From: Oscillospiraceae bacterium
Lineage (GTDB): Bacteria; Bacillota; Clostridia; Oscillospirales; Ruminococcaceae
Length of the DNA stretch: 64,000 nucleotides
Direction of reading: 5' to 3'
Assembly: GCA_009777635.1 (NCBI GenBank)
Contig: WRLK01000006.1
Span: 7,850-71,849, forward strand
Shown: positions 27,094-37,641 of the stretch, piece after piece
How the letters are laid out: each line of letters opens with the position of its first letter
How positions within the stretch are numbered: position 1 is the first letter of the stretch
Notes under the pieces: generated by a model
Databases searched by the model: none
What the model was told of the DNA's origin: nothing
The model's input: only the letters and a program-made list of their open reading frames with translations
Translations under genes and position numbers: made by a program

Positions 27094-28023
27094 ATGGGAT
27101 TTTTTTCTAAAATATCCGAGGGGCTGAAAAAAACGCGCGAAAACCTCACGCAAGGCGTCGAGGGTATCGTGAATTCATTTGCGGTCATTGACGAGGAGTT
27201 GCTTGAGGAGCTTGAGGAAACGCTTATTATGGCCGACGTGGGAACTTCCACGGCGCTCAGCATCTGCGATAAATTGCGGGCGCAAATCAAAAAAACAGGC
27301 GAGACCAATCCGAAAAGACTAGTTCAGATGATCCGGGATATCGTGGCGGATATCCTGTCGGGCGACTGCGCCCTGAATCTTGACACACAGCCGTCCGTGG
27401 TTCTGGTGATTGGCGTAAACGGCGCCGGAAAGACGACTACGATCGGCAAGCTTGCGCTGAAGCTTAAAGCTGGCGGCAAAAGCGTGCTGATGTCCGCGGC
27501 TGACACGTTTAGAGCCGCCGCAATCGACCAGCTTGCCATCTGGGCGGAGCGTTCCGGGGCCGAACTGGTGCGGCATGAAGAGGGCAGCGACCCTGCGGCC
27601 GTCGTCTACGACTCGATTCAAGCGGGCAAGGCAAGGAAGCGGGACGTCATCATTTGCGATACGGCTGGGCGCCTGCACAACAAGAAAAACCTGATGGACG
27701 AGCTATCAAAAATAAGCCGTGTGATCACCCGTGAGCTGCCGGACGCCTCCATCGAGACGCTGCTTGTACTTGACGCCACGACGGGTCAAAACGCGCTTAA
27801 TCAGGCGCGGCTGTTCAAGGAAGCTGCGGGACTCACCGGAATTATCCTCACAAAGCTTGACGGGACCGCGAAGGGCGGCGTCGTCATAGGGATAAAGGAA
27901 GAACTTGGCATACCGATCAAATATATCGGCATCGGTGAGGGCGTGGACGATTTACGTGAATTTGACGCCGTGGATTTTGCAAACGCGCTGTTCCCGGACA
28001 AAGGCGGGGAGGAAATCGCATGA
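27094..28023 (+). CDS. ftsY: signal recognition particle receptor FtsY
   Basis: NG domain with GVNGAGKTTTIGKLA, DTAGRLHNK and TKLDGTAKGG. Confidence 0.9.
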   Translation: MGFFSKISEGLKKTRENLTQGVEGIVNSFAVIDEELLEELEETLIMADVGTSTALSICDKLRAQIKKTGETNPKRLVQMIRDIVADILSGDCALNLDTQPSVVLVIGVNGAGKTTTIGKLALKLKAGGKSVLMSAADTFRAAAIDQLAIWAERSGAELVRHEEGSDPAAVVYDSIQAGKARKRDVIICDTAGRLHNKKNLMDELSKISRVITRELPDASIETLLVLDATTGQNALNQARLFKEAAGLTGIILTKLDGTAKGGVVIGIKEELGIPIKYIGIGEGVDDLREFDAVDFANALFPDKGGEEIA

Positions 28024-28616
28024 AGCTGGTTGCAGCGACGGGAAACAAGGACAAGCTGCTTGAATTTTCACGGATTTTAAGTCCGCTTGGCATCGATGTT
28101 ATGTCCCCGGAGGATGTCGGTATTACCAATTTTGATGTGCCGGAAACAGGGGATACGTTTGCCGAAAACGCAGCAATAAAAGCGCAGGAGATGTTTCGCT
28201 TGAGCGGATTGCCGTCTTTCGCGGACGATTCGGGGCTATGCATAGATGCGCTTAATGGGCGGCCCGGAGTATATTCCGCAAGATATCTGGACGGCTTTCC
28301 GCAAGAGAAAAAAAATTTGGCGATACTTAAAGAGCTTGAAAACATTACACATGAAAATCGTAATGCCAGATTCATCTGTAATATATACTGCATATTAAGT
28401 AGTGTCGATACAATTATAACTGAAGGAATCTGCGAAGGCAAGATTGCAAACGCACCGAGCGGGGATGGCGGTTTTGGGTATGATCCTATATTTTTATACG
28501 GCGGAAAATCCTTTGCGTCGCTTAACAGCGCGGAAAAAGACCAAGCAAGCCACAGGGGCACAGCGCTTCGGAAGCTTGTGGAAAAATTAAAAGAATTTTT
28601 GGGAGAAAACAGATGA
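28020..28616 (+). CDS. rdgB: XTP/dITP diphosphatase (RdgB/HAM1 family)
   Basis: ATGNKDKLLEF, PETGDTFAENA and FGYDPIF motifs. Confidence 0.85.
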   Translation: MKLVAATGNKDKLLEFSRILSPLGIDVMSPEDVGITNFDVPETGDTFAENAAIKAQEMFRLSGLPSFADDSGLCIDALNGRPGVYSARYLDGFPQEKKNLAILKELENITHENRNARFICNIYCILSSVDTIITEGICEGKIANAPSGDGGFGYDPIFLYGGKSFASLNSAEKDQASHRGTALRKLVEKLKEFLGENR

Positions 28617-28900
28617 TAACGACAAAACAAAGAGCCAAATTGCGCGGGCTTGCAAACCCGATGGATACTATTTTGCAAATCGGAAAAAGCGGAATTATCG
28701 GCACAACAATCACGCAAGTGGACGAAGCTCTCAGCGCAAGGGAGCTCATCAAGCTGCGCTGCCTTGAAACATCGCCGGTGACGGCAAAAGAGGCGGCGGC
28801 CACGCTTGCGGAAAATCTTGAAGCGGACATCGTTCAGGTAATCGGTACAAGATTCGTGCTTTTCAGAAGAAACAAAAAAGCGCCGCAGATTGAGCTTTAA
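28613..28900 (+). CDS. yhbY: ribosome-assembly RNA-binding protein YhbY (CRM domain)
   Basis: KQRAKLRGLANPMDTILQIGKSGI...VQVIG..FVLFR. Confidence 0.8.
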   Translation: MITTKQRAKLRGLANPMDTILQIGKSGIIGTTITQVDEALSARELIKLRCLETSPVTAKEAAATLAENLEADIVQVIGTRFVLFRRNKKAPQIEL

Positions 28901-28914
28901 ACGGAGGACAATTT

Positions 28915-29517
28915 GTGAAAATCGGCATTTTAGGAGGCACCTTTAATCCCATTCATATCGGTCATATCTATATCGCAGAGGAATGCTGCCGCCGGCTTGA
29001 GCTTCAGAAAGTCATTCTTGTGCCCACATATATCCCGCCGCATAAATCCGCTAAGGATTTGGTGCGCGCGGAACAAAGGCTTGAAATGTGCAGGCTTGCG
29101 GCAGAAAATCATACCAGCTTCGAAGTGTGCGACTATGAAATATGTAATAATGACAGAAGCTACACATACCGCACGCTTGAGTTTTTGCACGGGAAATATC
29201 AGGAGGGGAATTTTTACTTGATAATGGGCGAAGATATGTTCCTGACTGTTCAGGACTGGCGGAAGCCTCACAAGATTTATGAGATGGCGGCGTTATGCGC
29301 CGCAAAACGCGAAGATGGCAGCGACTTGCAGCTTAAATCTCAGGCGCTCCGGCTTGAAAACGAAGGCGCGCGCTGCATAATCCTTGATATGAAGCCGCTC
29401 ACGCTTTCCTCGACGACGATACGCGACGGTTTAAAGCAAGGCAAGGATGTGTCGGGGCTTTTAGATCAACAAGTTTTAGAATATATCGGAAAGAACGGGT
29501 TGTATGGACGAACATAA
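28915..29517 (+). CDS. nadD: nicotinate-nucleotide adenylyltransferase
   Basis: GGTFNPIHIGH motif. GTG start. Shows yhbY-nadD-yqeK synteny. Confidence 0.9.
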   Translation: MKIGILGGTFNPIHIGHIYIAEECCRRLELQKVILVPTYIPPHKSAKDLVRAEQRLEMCRLAAENHTSFEVCDYEICNNDRSYTYRTLEFLHGKYQEGNFYLIMGEDMFLTVQDWRKPHKIYEMAALCAAKREDGSDLQLKSQALRLENEGARCIILDMKPLTLSSTTIRDGLKQGKDVSGLLDQQVLEYIGKNGLYGRT

Positions 29518-30073
29518 AAACCTTAGAAAATGGCTGAAACAAAGGATTTCAGAGGAGCGGTACGCACACAGCCTAGAGGTGGAGAAACGCGCGTGGGCTC
29601 TTGCGGAAATCCATGGGGAGAATACCGGGAAAGCTGCGCTAGCAGGGCTTTTACATGACTGCTGCAACTGGAAAGACAAAAGCGGGCTGTTGAAAATCAT
29701 CGAATCGCGTGGTATACTATTAGATGTTTTTACGAAAGCGCAGCCGCCGCTATGGCACGCAATCGCTGGAAGCATCTCCGTTCAGGACGAGCTTGGAATC
29801 GCCGATCCCGATATAATTTCGGCGATACGTTACCACACAACCGGCAGAGCGGGGATGTCAAAATTTGAGCAAATCGTCTATGCCGCAGACAAAACAAGCT
29901 TCGACAGGCACTATCCGGACGCTTTAAAAAGCCGCAGCCTCGCGGAAAAATCGCTTGAACCGTGGATGTTAAAAGCGCTGAAATCAGCGATGAAAGACCA
30001 GCTAAAGCTAAAGCTGCCAATTGTTAGCGACACGTGGGAAGCTTATAATTATTTTTGGGAGTTAAACATATGA
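29504..30073 (+). CDS. yqeK: HD-domain bis(5'-nucleosyl)-tetraphosphatase YqeK
   Basis: H...HD metal motif (RYAHSLEV...LLHDCC). Its position after nadD supports the call. Confidence 0.8.
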   Translation: MDEHKNLRKWLKQRISEERYAHSLEVEKRAWALAEIHGENTGKAALAGLLHDCCNWKDKSGLLKIIESRGILLDVFTKAQPPLWHAIAGSISVQDELGIADPDIISAIRYHTTGRAGMSKFEQIVYAADKTSFDRHYPDALKSRSLAEKSLEPWMLKALKSAMKDQLKLKLPIVSDTWEAYNYFWELNI

Positions 30074-30423
30074 AATCAATTGAGCTTGTAAAATTTACCT
30101 GTAAACTTCTTGACACGAAAAAAGCCACAGATATCGCGGTGCTTGACATACGCAAGCTCTCCTCGCTGGGGGATTATTTTGTCGTAGCGTCGGGTATCAG
30201 TACGATACACGTAAAAGCGCTTGCCGGTGAGCTTGAGAAGAAACTTGCGGATCAGGGAATCCATCCCAGGCGTGTTGAGGGCGAAAAATCCGCCGTGTGG
30301 ATTTTACTTGATTATAATGACGTTATCATCCATATTTTCAACGACGAAACGCGGAATTTCTATTGTCTTGAACGGCTATGGGGCGATGCACCGCGTTTAG
30401 ATGAAAAGGATATCAAACAGTAA
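30070..30423 (+). CDS. rsfS: ribosome silencing factor RsfS
   Basis: WILLDYNDVIIHIF motif. The ATG at 30070 overlaps the yqeK stop. Confidence 0.85.
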   Translation: MKSIELVKFTCKLLDTKKATDIAVLDIRKLSSLGDYFVVASGISTIHVKALAGELEKKLADQGIHPRRVEGEKSAVWILLDYNDVIIHIFNDETRNFYCLERLWGDAPRLDEKDIKQ

Positions 30424-30496
30424 GAACACCAAATACAATAATTCCAGCAAACAAATAAAACAGAATATACAGTGATCAGGGAAGGGGAAAACCGGT

Positions 30497-32902
30497 TTGA
30501 AGTATGATTATAAGGCCATAGAAAAAAAATGGCAGGATATATGGGAGGAAAAAGGAGTATTTCATGCGCTGAACGACTATACGAAGCCAAAGTTTTATGC
30601 GCTGATTGAATTTCCGTACCCATCGGGATCAGGGCTTCATGTGGGGCATGGGCGCACGTATACGGCGCTTGATATTGTGACGCGAAAAAGGAGGATGGAA
30701 GGCTACAACGTCATGTACCCCATGGGTTGGGACGCGTTCGGGCTTCCGACTGAAAATTACGCAATCCAGCATAATATCCACCCGGCGGTTGTGACGGAAC
30801 AGAACATGGTGAAGTTCAAAAAGCAGTTGAAAGCGCTGGGGTTATCGTTTGATTGGTCGCGCGAAATCGATACTACCGACCCTGAATATTACAAATGGAC
30901 ACAGTGGATTTTCCTTAAAATGTTTGAAAAAGGGCTTGCTTATAAGAAAGAAATGGCTGTAAACTGGTGCACGGGCTGCCGAGTCGTTTTGGCGAACGAG
31001 GAGGTTATAGGCGGCGTCTGTGAGCGATGCTCCGGCGAGGTTGTGCGTAAGGTAAAAAGCCAGTGGATGCTGAAGATTACTCAATACGCCGAACGCCTGA
31101 TTAACGACCTTGACACAGTCGATTACATCGAGCGTGTGAAAGCGCAGCAGATTCACTGGATTGGCCGCTCGACAGGGGCCGAGGCCGAGTTTATAACAAC
31201 GGCGGGGGATACGCTGACCGTTTACACCACGCGGCCCGACACTCTGTTCGGAGCGACTTATATGGTTATTTCGCCCGAGCATCCGTACCTTGAAAAATGG
31301 TCGGGCAAAATCAAAAACATGGACGAGGTGCGTGCGTACCAACATAACGCGGCGCACAAATCTGACTTTGAGCGCACGGAAGTCGCAAAGGATAAAACCG
31401 GTGTGCGCCTTATAGGAGTTAATGCTGTAAATCCTGTGAATGATACAGAAATACCTATATTTATTTCCGATTACGTCCTCATGTCTTATGGCACCGGCGC
31501 CATTATGGCGGTTCCGGGGCACGATGAAAGGGATTGGGAATTTGCTCAAAAATTTGGGCTTCCGATTGTTGAGGTTGTGAAGGGCGGGGATGTTACGGTG
31601 GCGGCGTTCACCGACTGCGACACGGGCCTCATGGTCAATTCCGGCTTTTTAAACGGCCTTTCGGTTGAGGACGCCAAGAAAAAAATCACAAAGTTGCTTG
31701 AGGAAACCGGCAAGGGGCGTCCGAAAGTCAACTACAAGCTGCGCGACTGGATTTTTTCTCGTCAGCGTTACTGGGGCGAGCCAATCCCGATAATCATCTG
31801 CGAAAAATGCGGGTATGTCCCGCTTAAAGAAAGCGAGCTGCCGCTCAAGCTGCCGGAGGTTGAATCCTATAAGCCGACGGAAAACGGTGAATCTCCGCTT
31901 GCGGCGCTTGATAGCTGGGTGAATGTTGTCTGCCCGAAGTGCGGGCTACAAGCGAAGCGCGAGACCGATACGATGCCGCAATGGGCGGGCTCGTCGTGGT
32001 ATTTTCTCAGGTACTGCGACCCGCATAACAAAAACGCGATCGCAAGCCGCGAGGCTCTCGAGTACTGGACGCCCGTGGACTGGTATAACGGCGGCATGGA
32101 ACACACAACCTTACACCTTTTGTACTCGCGTTTCTGGCATAAATTTTTGTATGACATCGGCGCCGTTCCGACAAGCGAGCCGTATGCGAAACGCACAAGC
32201 CAGGGGATGATTTTAGGCGAGAACGGCGAAAAAATGAGTAAATCCCGCGGCAATGTGGTGAACCCTGACGAAATAATCAACACATACGGAGCCGATGCCG
32301 TGCGGCTTTACGAAATGTTTATCGGTGATTTCGAAAAAGCCGCCCCGTGGAGCAGTACGTCGATAAAGGGCTGCAACCGCTTTCTTGACAGGGTTTGGGC
32401 GCTTCAGGAGCTAAAGATCCTTGACGGCGGATATTCGAATGAGCTTGAATCAAGCTTCCACAAAACGATCAAAAAGGTAACGCACGACATCGAGTCGCTT
32501 GGATACAACACCGCAATTGCGGCGCTGATGTCGCTTATAAACGAGATTTACGGCATAAAATGCATTACGAAAGAAGAGTTTAAAACGTTTTTGATACTGC
32601 TAAACCCGTTCGCGCCGCATATTTCCGAGGAAATCTGGGAACAACAAGGGTTCGGCGGCATGATTACGTCGCAGAAGTGGCCCAAATATTGCGACGAAAA
32701 ATGCAAAGACGACGTGGTCGAGCTCGCTGTACAGGTGAATGGCAAAATCCGCGCGCGGATTGAGATTTCGGCCGACGAGCCAAAAGAATCCGTCTTAAAG
32801 CTTGCGAAAAACATGCCCGAGCTGCATGTGCATATCGCCGGTAAGATCTTGGCAAAAGAAATTTATATACCGGGCAAGCTTGTGAATTTTGTCGTAAAAT
32901 AA
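30497..32902 (+). CDS. leuS: leucine--tRNA ligase
   Basis: 801 aa with the HIGH-type motif (LHVGH) and KMSKS. TTG start. Confidence 0.95.
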   Translation: MKYDYKAIEKKWQDIWEEKGVFHALNDYTKPKFYALIEFPYPSGSGLHVGHGRTYTALDIVTRKRRMEGYNVMYPMGWDAFGLPTENYAIQHNIHPAVVTEQNMVKFKKQLKALGLSFDWSREIDTTDPEYYKWTQWIFLKMFEKGLAYKKEMAVNWCTGCRVVLANEEVIGGVCERCSGEVVRKVKSQWMLKITQYAERLINDLDTVDYIERVKAQQIHWIGRSTGAEAEFITTAGDTLTVYTTRPDTLFGATYMVISPEHPYLEKWSGKIKNMDEVRAYQHNAAHKSDFERTEVAKDKTGVRLIGVNAVNPVNDTEIPIFISDYVLMSYGTGAIMAVPGHDERDWEFAQKFGLPIVEVVKGGDVTVAAFTDCDTGLMVNSGFLNGLSVEDAKKKITKLLEETGKGRPKVNYKLRDWIFSRQRYWGEPIPIIICEKCGYVPLKESELPLKLPEVESYKPTENGESPLAALDSWVNVVCPKCGLQAKRETDTMPQWAGSSWYFLRYCDPHNKNAIASREALEYWTPVDWYNGGMEHTTLHLLYSRFWHKFLYDIGAVPTSEPYAKRTSQGMILGENGEKMSKSRGNVVNPDEIINTYGADAVRLYEMFIGDFEKAAPWSSTSIKGCNRFLDRVWALQELKILDGGYSNELESSFHKTIKKVTHDIESLGYNTAIAALMSLINEIYGIKCITKEEFKTFLILLNPFAPHISEEIWEQQGFGGMITSQKWPKYCDEKCKDDVVELAVQVNGKIRARIEISADEPKESVLKLAKNMPELHVHIAGKILAKEIYIPGKLVNFVVK

Positions 32903-32933
32903 ATGTTTTTTGCGTCTTAAATCAGCAAGACAC

Positions 32934-32962
32934 TTGACAATAGCATGGTAAAGCTGTATAAT
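32934..32962 (+). promoter_or_regulatory. consensus sigma-A promoter of rpsU
   Basis: TTGACA (32934-32939), 17 nt, TATAAT (32957-32962). Confidence 0.6.
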
Positions 32963-33026
32963 AAATTGAAGCTTATTTGCTTGAAAAGATGGGCTCCAGC
33001 TATAAAGCGCGGGGAGGGATATAAAA

Positions 33027-33203
33027 ATGTCGGAAATCCGGATTAAAGACAACGAATCGCTTGACAGCGCTTTGCGCAGGTTTAAAAGAGCAACCGCGAA
33101 AGCAGGCGTGCTTCAGGAAGTGCGTAAAAGAGAGCATTACGAAAAGCCGTCGGTGAAAAGAAAGAAGAAATCTGAAGCGGCGCGTAAGCGTAAATTCAAA
33201 TAA
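33027..33203 (+). CDS. rpsU: 30S ribosomal protein S21
   Basis: 58-codon ORF not in the track: [69 protein letters not shown]. Confidence 0.9.
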   Translation: MSEIRIKDNESLDSALRRFKRATAKAGVLQEVRKREHYEKPSVKRKKKSEAARKRKFK

Positions 33204-33204
33204 G

Positions 33205-33236
33205 AAAAAAAAGCGGGCCTTTCGGCCCGTTTTTTG
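33205..33236 (+). terminator. intrinsic terminator after rpsU
   Basis: A-run, GCGGGCC-TTTC-GGCCCGT, then TTTTT. Confidence 0.7.
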
Positions 33237-33280
33237 ATAGTCAATAAGGAAAATGCGTAGCGAAAGGAGAACTCGAAGCA

Positions 33281-33784
33281 ATGAAGCTTTTGCATCCGAC
33301 CGCGATGTTCGAAAAGATATCGGAAATAACGCCGGAAATACTGAAAAGCCACGGTATTTTGGCGCTGATCCTTGACGTGGACAACACGCTTGCGGCGCAC
33401 GGATGTCCTCGGCCCAACAAGGATGCGCTGTCATGGCTTGAAACCATGAAGCGGGCCGGAATAAAGCTTGTAATCGCGTCGAATAATACAAACGGGCGCG
33501 TTGAGCCGTTTGCGAAGCTTCTCTCGCTTGACTATGCGGCAAACGCAATGAAGCCGCTCCCCGCCGGGTTTTCACGCATATCGAAGCGGATGGGGCTTCC
33601 GCCGTCCAGCTTTGGCGTAGTGGGCGACCAAATTTTTACGGATGTTTTAGGCGGCAACCTTTTCGGCGCAAAAACCTTTTTCGTAAAGCCTTTAAGCGAT
33701 AAGGAGATACTTTCGATCAAGCTGAAACGAAAAATTGAGGCGCGGATTTTAAAAGCTTACGGGAGAAAGGAAAATTTGCGATGA
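33281..33784 (+). CDS. YqeG-family HAD-IIIA phosphatase
   Basis: LDVDNTL, SNN...RV and VVGDQIFTDVLGGN motifs. Confidence 0.8.
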   Translation: MKLLHPTAMFEKISEITPEILKSHGILALILDVDNTLAAHGCPRPNKDALSWLETMKRAGIKLVIASNNTNGRVEPFAKLLSLDYAANAMKPLPAGFSRISKRMGLPPSSFGVVGDQIFTDVLGGNLFGAKTFFVKPLSDKEILSIKLKRKIEARILKAYGRKENLR

Positions 33785-34863
33785 CAGACCGCCTTTCCGT
33801 CTTTGCGGGGAATCTTCCGCGAGGGATAGACGCCGTTTTGATTACATCGGATTTTAACCGCCGGTATTTTTTGCGGTTTTCATCAAGCTCCGGAACGCTT
33901 GTCGTAACACGGGATAAAAGCTATTTTATCATAGACGGGCGCTATTTCGAGGCGACCCGGGAAGCTGTAAAAGCCGTAAAAAACTGCGAGGTAGTTTTGC
34001 AGCAAAAGACGTATGACCAAATTCTAAGACTGCTTCAAAAGCATGGCGCAAAGACGCTGGGGCTTGAGGAAGACCACACGAGCATGGGCGACTTTGCGCG
34101 GCTTTGCGAAAGGCTTTCCGGGATTGAAGTTTTACCGGACGGCGGCGGGATTGGTAAAATCATAGCGTGCCAGAGAACCGTGAAAGACAAAAGTGAAATC
34201 GAGAGAATCCAAAAATCGCAGGATATAACGGATGAAACGTTTACGCATCTTTTAAATTACATCAAGCCGGGGTTTACAGAACGTGAGATTGCGTTTGAGA
34301 TTCAGCGTTTTATGTGGAGCTTGGGCTCGCAGCGGCCGGCGTTTGAGCCCATCGTCGCGGCAGGCGCGAACAGTTCGAAACCGCACGCCGTGCCCACCGA
34401 AAACAAAATTAAGGATGGCGACTTTATCGTGCTTGATTTTGGCGCGGTTTTTATGGATTATTGCTCCGATATGACGCGGACGGTCGGGGTCGGAAACGTA
34501 AGCGCAAAACAGCGGGAGGCTTACGGCGTCGTTTTAGAAGCCCAGATTTCGGCGCTTGAGATTATAAAATCGGGCGAAGCATGCATGTATGTTGACAAAA
34601 TAGCCCGCGATCTTATCGACAAAAGCGGATACAAAGGGCTTTTCGCGCACGGTCTCGGCCATTCGCTGGGGCTTGAGGTTCACGAACCGCCGAGTTTTAG
34701 CGCGGGTAGCGAAGCTTCCCTTAAGCCGGGAGTCGTAATGTCGGTTGAGCCGGGAATTTATATTCCCGGTGAATTCGGTGTGAGGATAGAGGACCTCATA
34801 GCCGTCACCGAAACTGGGCACTTAAATTTTACACGCTCCACGAAAGAATTGATTATGATTTAA
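33781..34863 (+). CDS. M24-family Xaa-Pro aminopeptidase
   Basis: Creatinase-like N-domain plus the metal ligands D..D....HGLGHSLGLEVHE...E..E. Confidence 0.8.
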   Translation: MTDRLSVFAGNLPRGIDAVLITSDFNRRYFLRFSSSSGTLVVTRDKSYFIIDGRYFEATREAVKAVKNCEVVLQQKTYDQILRLLQKHGAKTLGLEEDHTSMGDFARLCERLSGIEVLPDGGGIGKIIACQRTVKDKSEIERIQKSQDITDETFTHLLNYIKPGFTEREIAFEIQRFMWSLGSQRPAFEPIVAAGANSSKPHAVPTENKIKDGDFIVLDFGAVFMDYCSDMTRTVGVGNVSAKQREAYGVVLEAQISALEIIKSGEACMYVDKIARDLIDKSGYKGLFAHGLGHSLGLEVHEPPSFSAGSEASLKPGVVMSVEPGIYIPGEFGVRIEDLIAVTETGHLNFTRSTKELIMI

Positions 34864-34999
34864 CGTAATAAATTTAAAAAGCTTGCAAAATTCCTTTTTT
34901 TGGGGTAAAATTAAATTTAGTTATGCACCAGGGGCTGTCTGCATGAGGTTGACTGTGGATTTTTGACATAATATAGATTCTAGTTTGGAGGAGAAAATA

Positions 35000-35557
35000 A
35001 TGATTTCTGCCGGTGATTTCAGGAACGGCGTTACATTCGAAATGGACGGCAACGTATACCAGATTATTGAGTTCCAGCATGTGAAGCCGGGCAAAGGGGC
35101 CGCGTTCGTAAGGACAAAAATACGCAATGTTATTTCCGGTTCGGTCGTTGAAAAGACGTTTAATCCATCCGACAAATATCCTCCGGCGTTTATTGAGCGC
35201 AAGGATATGCAGTATCTTTACAGCGACGGCGGGCTATACTATTTTATGGACAATGAAACATACGAAAATATTCCAATCAGCGAGAGCCTTTTGGGAGACG
35301 CGTTTAAATTTATAAAAGAAAATATGAACGTAAAAGTGCTTTCGTTTAAAGGCAACGTATTCGGCGTAGAGCCGCCGTTTTTTGTGGAACTTAAAATTAC
35401 CAAAACCGATCCCGGCTTAAAGGGCGATACGGCGACGAATACGTTAAAGCCGGCGATTTTGGAAACAGGCGCCGAAATAAGGGTTCCGCTGTTTATCAAT
35501 GAGGGCGACGTTATCCGTATCGACACGCGTACCGGCGAGTATATGGAAAGGGCATAG
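35000..35557 (+). CDS. efp: elongation factor P
   Basis: [10 protein letters not shown]...[20 protein letters not shown] behind GGAGGAG. Confidence 0.95.
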   Translation: MISAGDFRNGVTFEMDGNVYQIIEFQHVKPGKGAAFVRTKIRNVISGSVVEKTFNPSDKYPPAFIERKDMQYLYSDGGLYYFMDNETYENIPISESLLGDAFKFIKENMNVKVLSFKGNVFGVEPPFFVELKITKTDPGLKGDTATNTLKPAILETGAEIRVPLFINEGDVIRIDTRTGEYMERA

Positions 35558-35605
35558 ATAAATGCCGTTTCAATAAAGATAGCATAAGAAAGGAAGTGGC
35601 CCAAT

Positions 35606-36010
35606 ATGGAGATCACCGAGAAAGTAGCTTATATAAAAGGTTTAGTAGACGGCCTTGGAATTGACGACAGCACAAAGGAGGGCAAGGTGCTCTTAGCGGT
35701 TGTAAATGTGCTCGACGATATCGCTATGAGCATAAGCGACCTTGAGGATAGCGTGGATTTGCTGGGCGGTCAGATTGATTATCTCGATGAGGACCTCGAG
35801 GAAATCTACGATGACTTATACGGCGATGACGACGACGATGATGATGATGAATATGACGGCGAGCTTTATGAGGTAACATGCCCGACATGCGGCGACATCA
35901 TCTGTGTTGACGAAGACATGCTTGACGACGGCGAGATTGAGTGCCCGAACTGCGACGAATCTCTGGAGTTTGATCTAGACGGGATTTTAGACGGCGAAAT
36001 CGACGAATGA
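35606..36010 (+). CDS. acidic small protein with C-terminal zinc ribbon (CD1247 N-terminal-domain-like)
   Basis: EKVAYIKGLVDGL...TKEGK N-terminus, a poly-Asp tract, then CPTCG...CPNC. Confidence 0.65.
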   Translation: MEITEKVAYIKGLVDGLGIDDSTKEGKVLLAVVNVLDDIAMSISDLEDSVDLLGGQIDYLDEDLEEIYDDLYGDDDDDDDDEYDGELYEVTCPTCGDIICVDEDMLDDGEIECPNCDESLEFDLDGILDGEIDE

Positions 36011-36020
36011 TATAATAAAA

Positions 36021-36058
36021 GAACGAAGCCGGCTAAAGCAGCCGGCTTGTTCTTTTTA
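36021..36058. terminator. bidirectional terminator between convergent genes
   Basis: GAACGAAGCCGGC...GCCGGCTTGTTC followed by TTTTT. Confidence 0.6.
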
Positions 36059-36079
36059 AGGGGAAATTATATCAAGTTA

Positions 36080-37327
36080 TTAAAACTTGCGTTTGCGGTT
36101 AACGGCAGCGCCGGATACAAGTGTCAAGAGACCGATTCCGAGAAGCGCGCCGGTTGAGCTTGCCACACCTGTAGGCGGGTTAATCGCCGGAGGTTCCGGA
36201 TAAATTTCGGGTTCTTCAAATTCGTCTTCCGGTTCAATCTCGGGTACGAGAGCCGTGTCGGTTATTTCAATATTTGTTATAACGAATCTGCCAAGGTAGT
36301 TTGTCCTGAATACAATTTCGTCGGCGCCGCTGTCATAGATAATCCCGTATGGGGAGGTCATCCTGGTCCTGCCGGCATAGCTGCCGTGTACAGGGGTCAG
36401 TCTGCCGTCGCGGTAGAGATAAACAAAAACTTGGCCGAATGTGTCGGAAATATCGGAAACTTCAATTCTCATTTCGCCAAGTGTCGGGAAGTTAACGCCG
36501 GCGGGGAAGTTGAGGAACTTAAACTCATGTTCGGGGAACCTGTTGAGCAACTCGATGTTCGGGTCATAGTTAAACGAGAAGTTTGTATCCCTCATGCCCG
36601 TGACGCGGCCTTTCCAATGCCAGTTTCCGTCGTCCGATTCAATCGTGATGTTGCGGTAGTTTGCGCTTCTTGCAATATCGGACCACTGATCCTTCAAAAC
36701 GACGGGAGCGTCATTGCTGATGGTCAAAACGCCGTCTTCGCCCACGTCGGTCGCACTGTCTGAAATTGTGTTAAACCCTACTGTAAATGTGTGGATGCTT
36801 TCAACAAAGGTGTTCGCAGTATCGGTATCAACAACGTTTAAGGAATATTCAACGTCTGTTATTTTAGTACCGTAGTTTGCCCGCGTGTCTATCTCGGCGC
36901 GGAAGGTTCTGGCGGCACCTGTGCCTGTCTGGCGGACTCTCGCGGAAGAAATTGCCGAGCTTCCTCTCAGAGTGCGGATTCTTACAGTGCCTCTGCCAAC
37001 ATCGGCTTGCGTAAGCTTTGCCGTGCCTGCGATGACTTCGGCGTCAGTGCCTGAGATGGCTTTTCTTGCGTAGTAAAGGTCGAATCTATAGCTTTCATCG
37101 GGGCGGAGCTCTGTATCTGTTCCTACAACGGTTCTTCCATTGTGAACCATGAATATTTCGCCGGCTTCTACTGATACAGTGGTTTCGCCGGGTGTTGCAG
37201 TAACAACTCTGCCAAGAATGCTTCTTGTCTTAGGTTCTATACCTAAGCTGTCTTCCGCAGCGAAAGCGACGCTGCTTATACCTAGAATCACTGCGAAAGC
37301 AAGAAGCAATGAAATTGCTTTTTTCAT
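36080..37327 (-). CDS. sortase-anchored cell-surface protein (xPxTG-type sorting signal)
   Basis: Signal peptide MKKAISLLLAFAVILGISSVAFA. C-terminal NPPTG, then a hydrophobic segment and an NRKRKF tail. ATG 37327 lies behind AGGAGG. Confidence 0.6.
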   Translation of the reverse strand: MKKAISLLLAFAVILGISSVAFAAEDSLGIEPKTRSILGRVVTATPGETTVSVEAGEIFMVHNGRTVVGTDTELRPDESYRFDLYYARKAISGTDAEVIAGTAKLTQADVGRGTVRIRTLRGSSAISSARVRQTGTGAARTFRAEIDTRANYGTKITDVEYSLNVVDTDTANTFVESIHTFTVGFNTISDSATDVGEDGVLTISNDAPVVLKDQWSDIARSANYRNITIESDDGNWHWKGRVTGMRDTNFSFNYDPNIELLNRFPEHEFKFLNFPAGVNFPTLGEMRIEVSDISDTFGQVFVYLYRDGRLTPVHGSYAGRTRMTSPYGIIYDSGADEIVFRTNYLGRFVITNIEITDTALVPEIEPEDEFEEPEIYPEPPAINPPTGVASSTGALLGIGLLTLVSGAAVNRKRKF

Positions 37328-37555
37328 TGTGGGTTTTCCTCCTATTATCATTTGTTAAACTTTTTCTCCACGAGCTTTTGTTTAGCTCTAACGCTATTAT
37401 GTGAAAAATCGCTTAATTTACCATAGGATTCTTTCACCATTTTTTACGTTTTTTACCAATCAGCCGCGGACAATTCGTTTAACAAATTTAGAATTTCCCG
37501 ATTACAAAAAATAATGTTAGGAAAACAATGATAAATATTTGAAAAATTTTTGACC

Positions 37556-37598
37556 ACAAGAAAAGGCGCGGATAAAATCCGCGCCTTTTCTTGTTTTG
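37556..37598. terminator. intrinsic terminator (16-bp stem)
   Basis: ACAAGAAAAGGCGCGG-ATAAAAT-CCGCGCCTTTTCTTGT followed by TTT. Confidence 0.65.
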
Positions 37599-37641
37599 GT
37601 ATTTTCAATATATAAAACCTTACGTTTCCATTTAAATTAAT

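Noticed and set aside
30424-30496. T-box leader upstream of leuS.
   Set aside because: Only 73 nt separate rsfS and leuS. That is too short for a T-box, and I found no specifier-loop, T-box sequence or terminator.
35815-35850. GAT/GAC trinucleotide run, considered as a microsatellite or phase-variation tract.
   Set aside because: It encodes the poly-Asp linker of the acidic zinc-ribbon protein. The codons are mixed (GAT/GAC/GAA), not a pure repeat.
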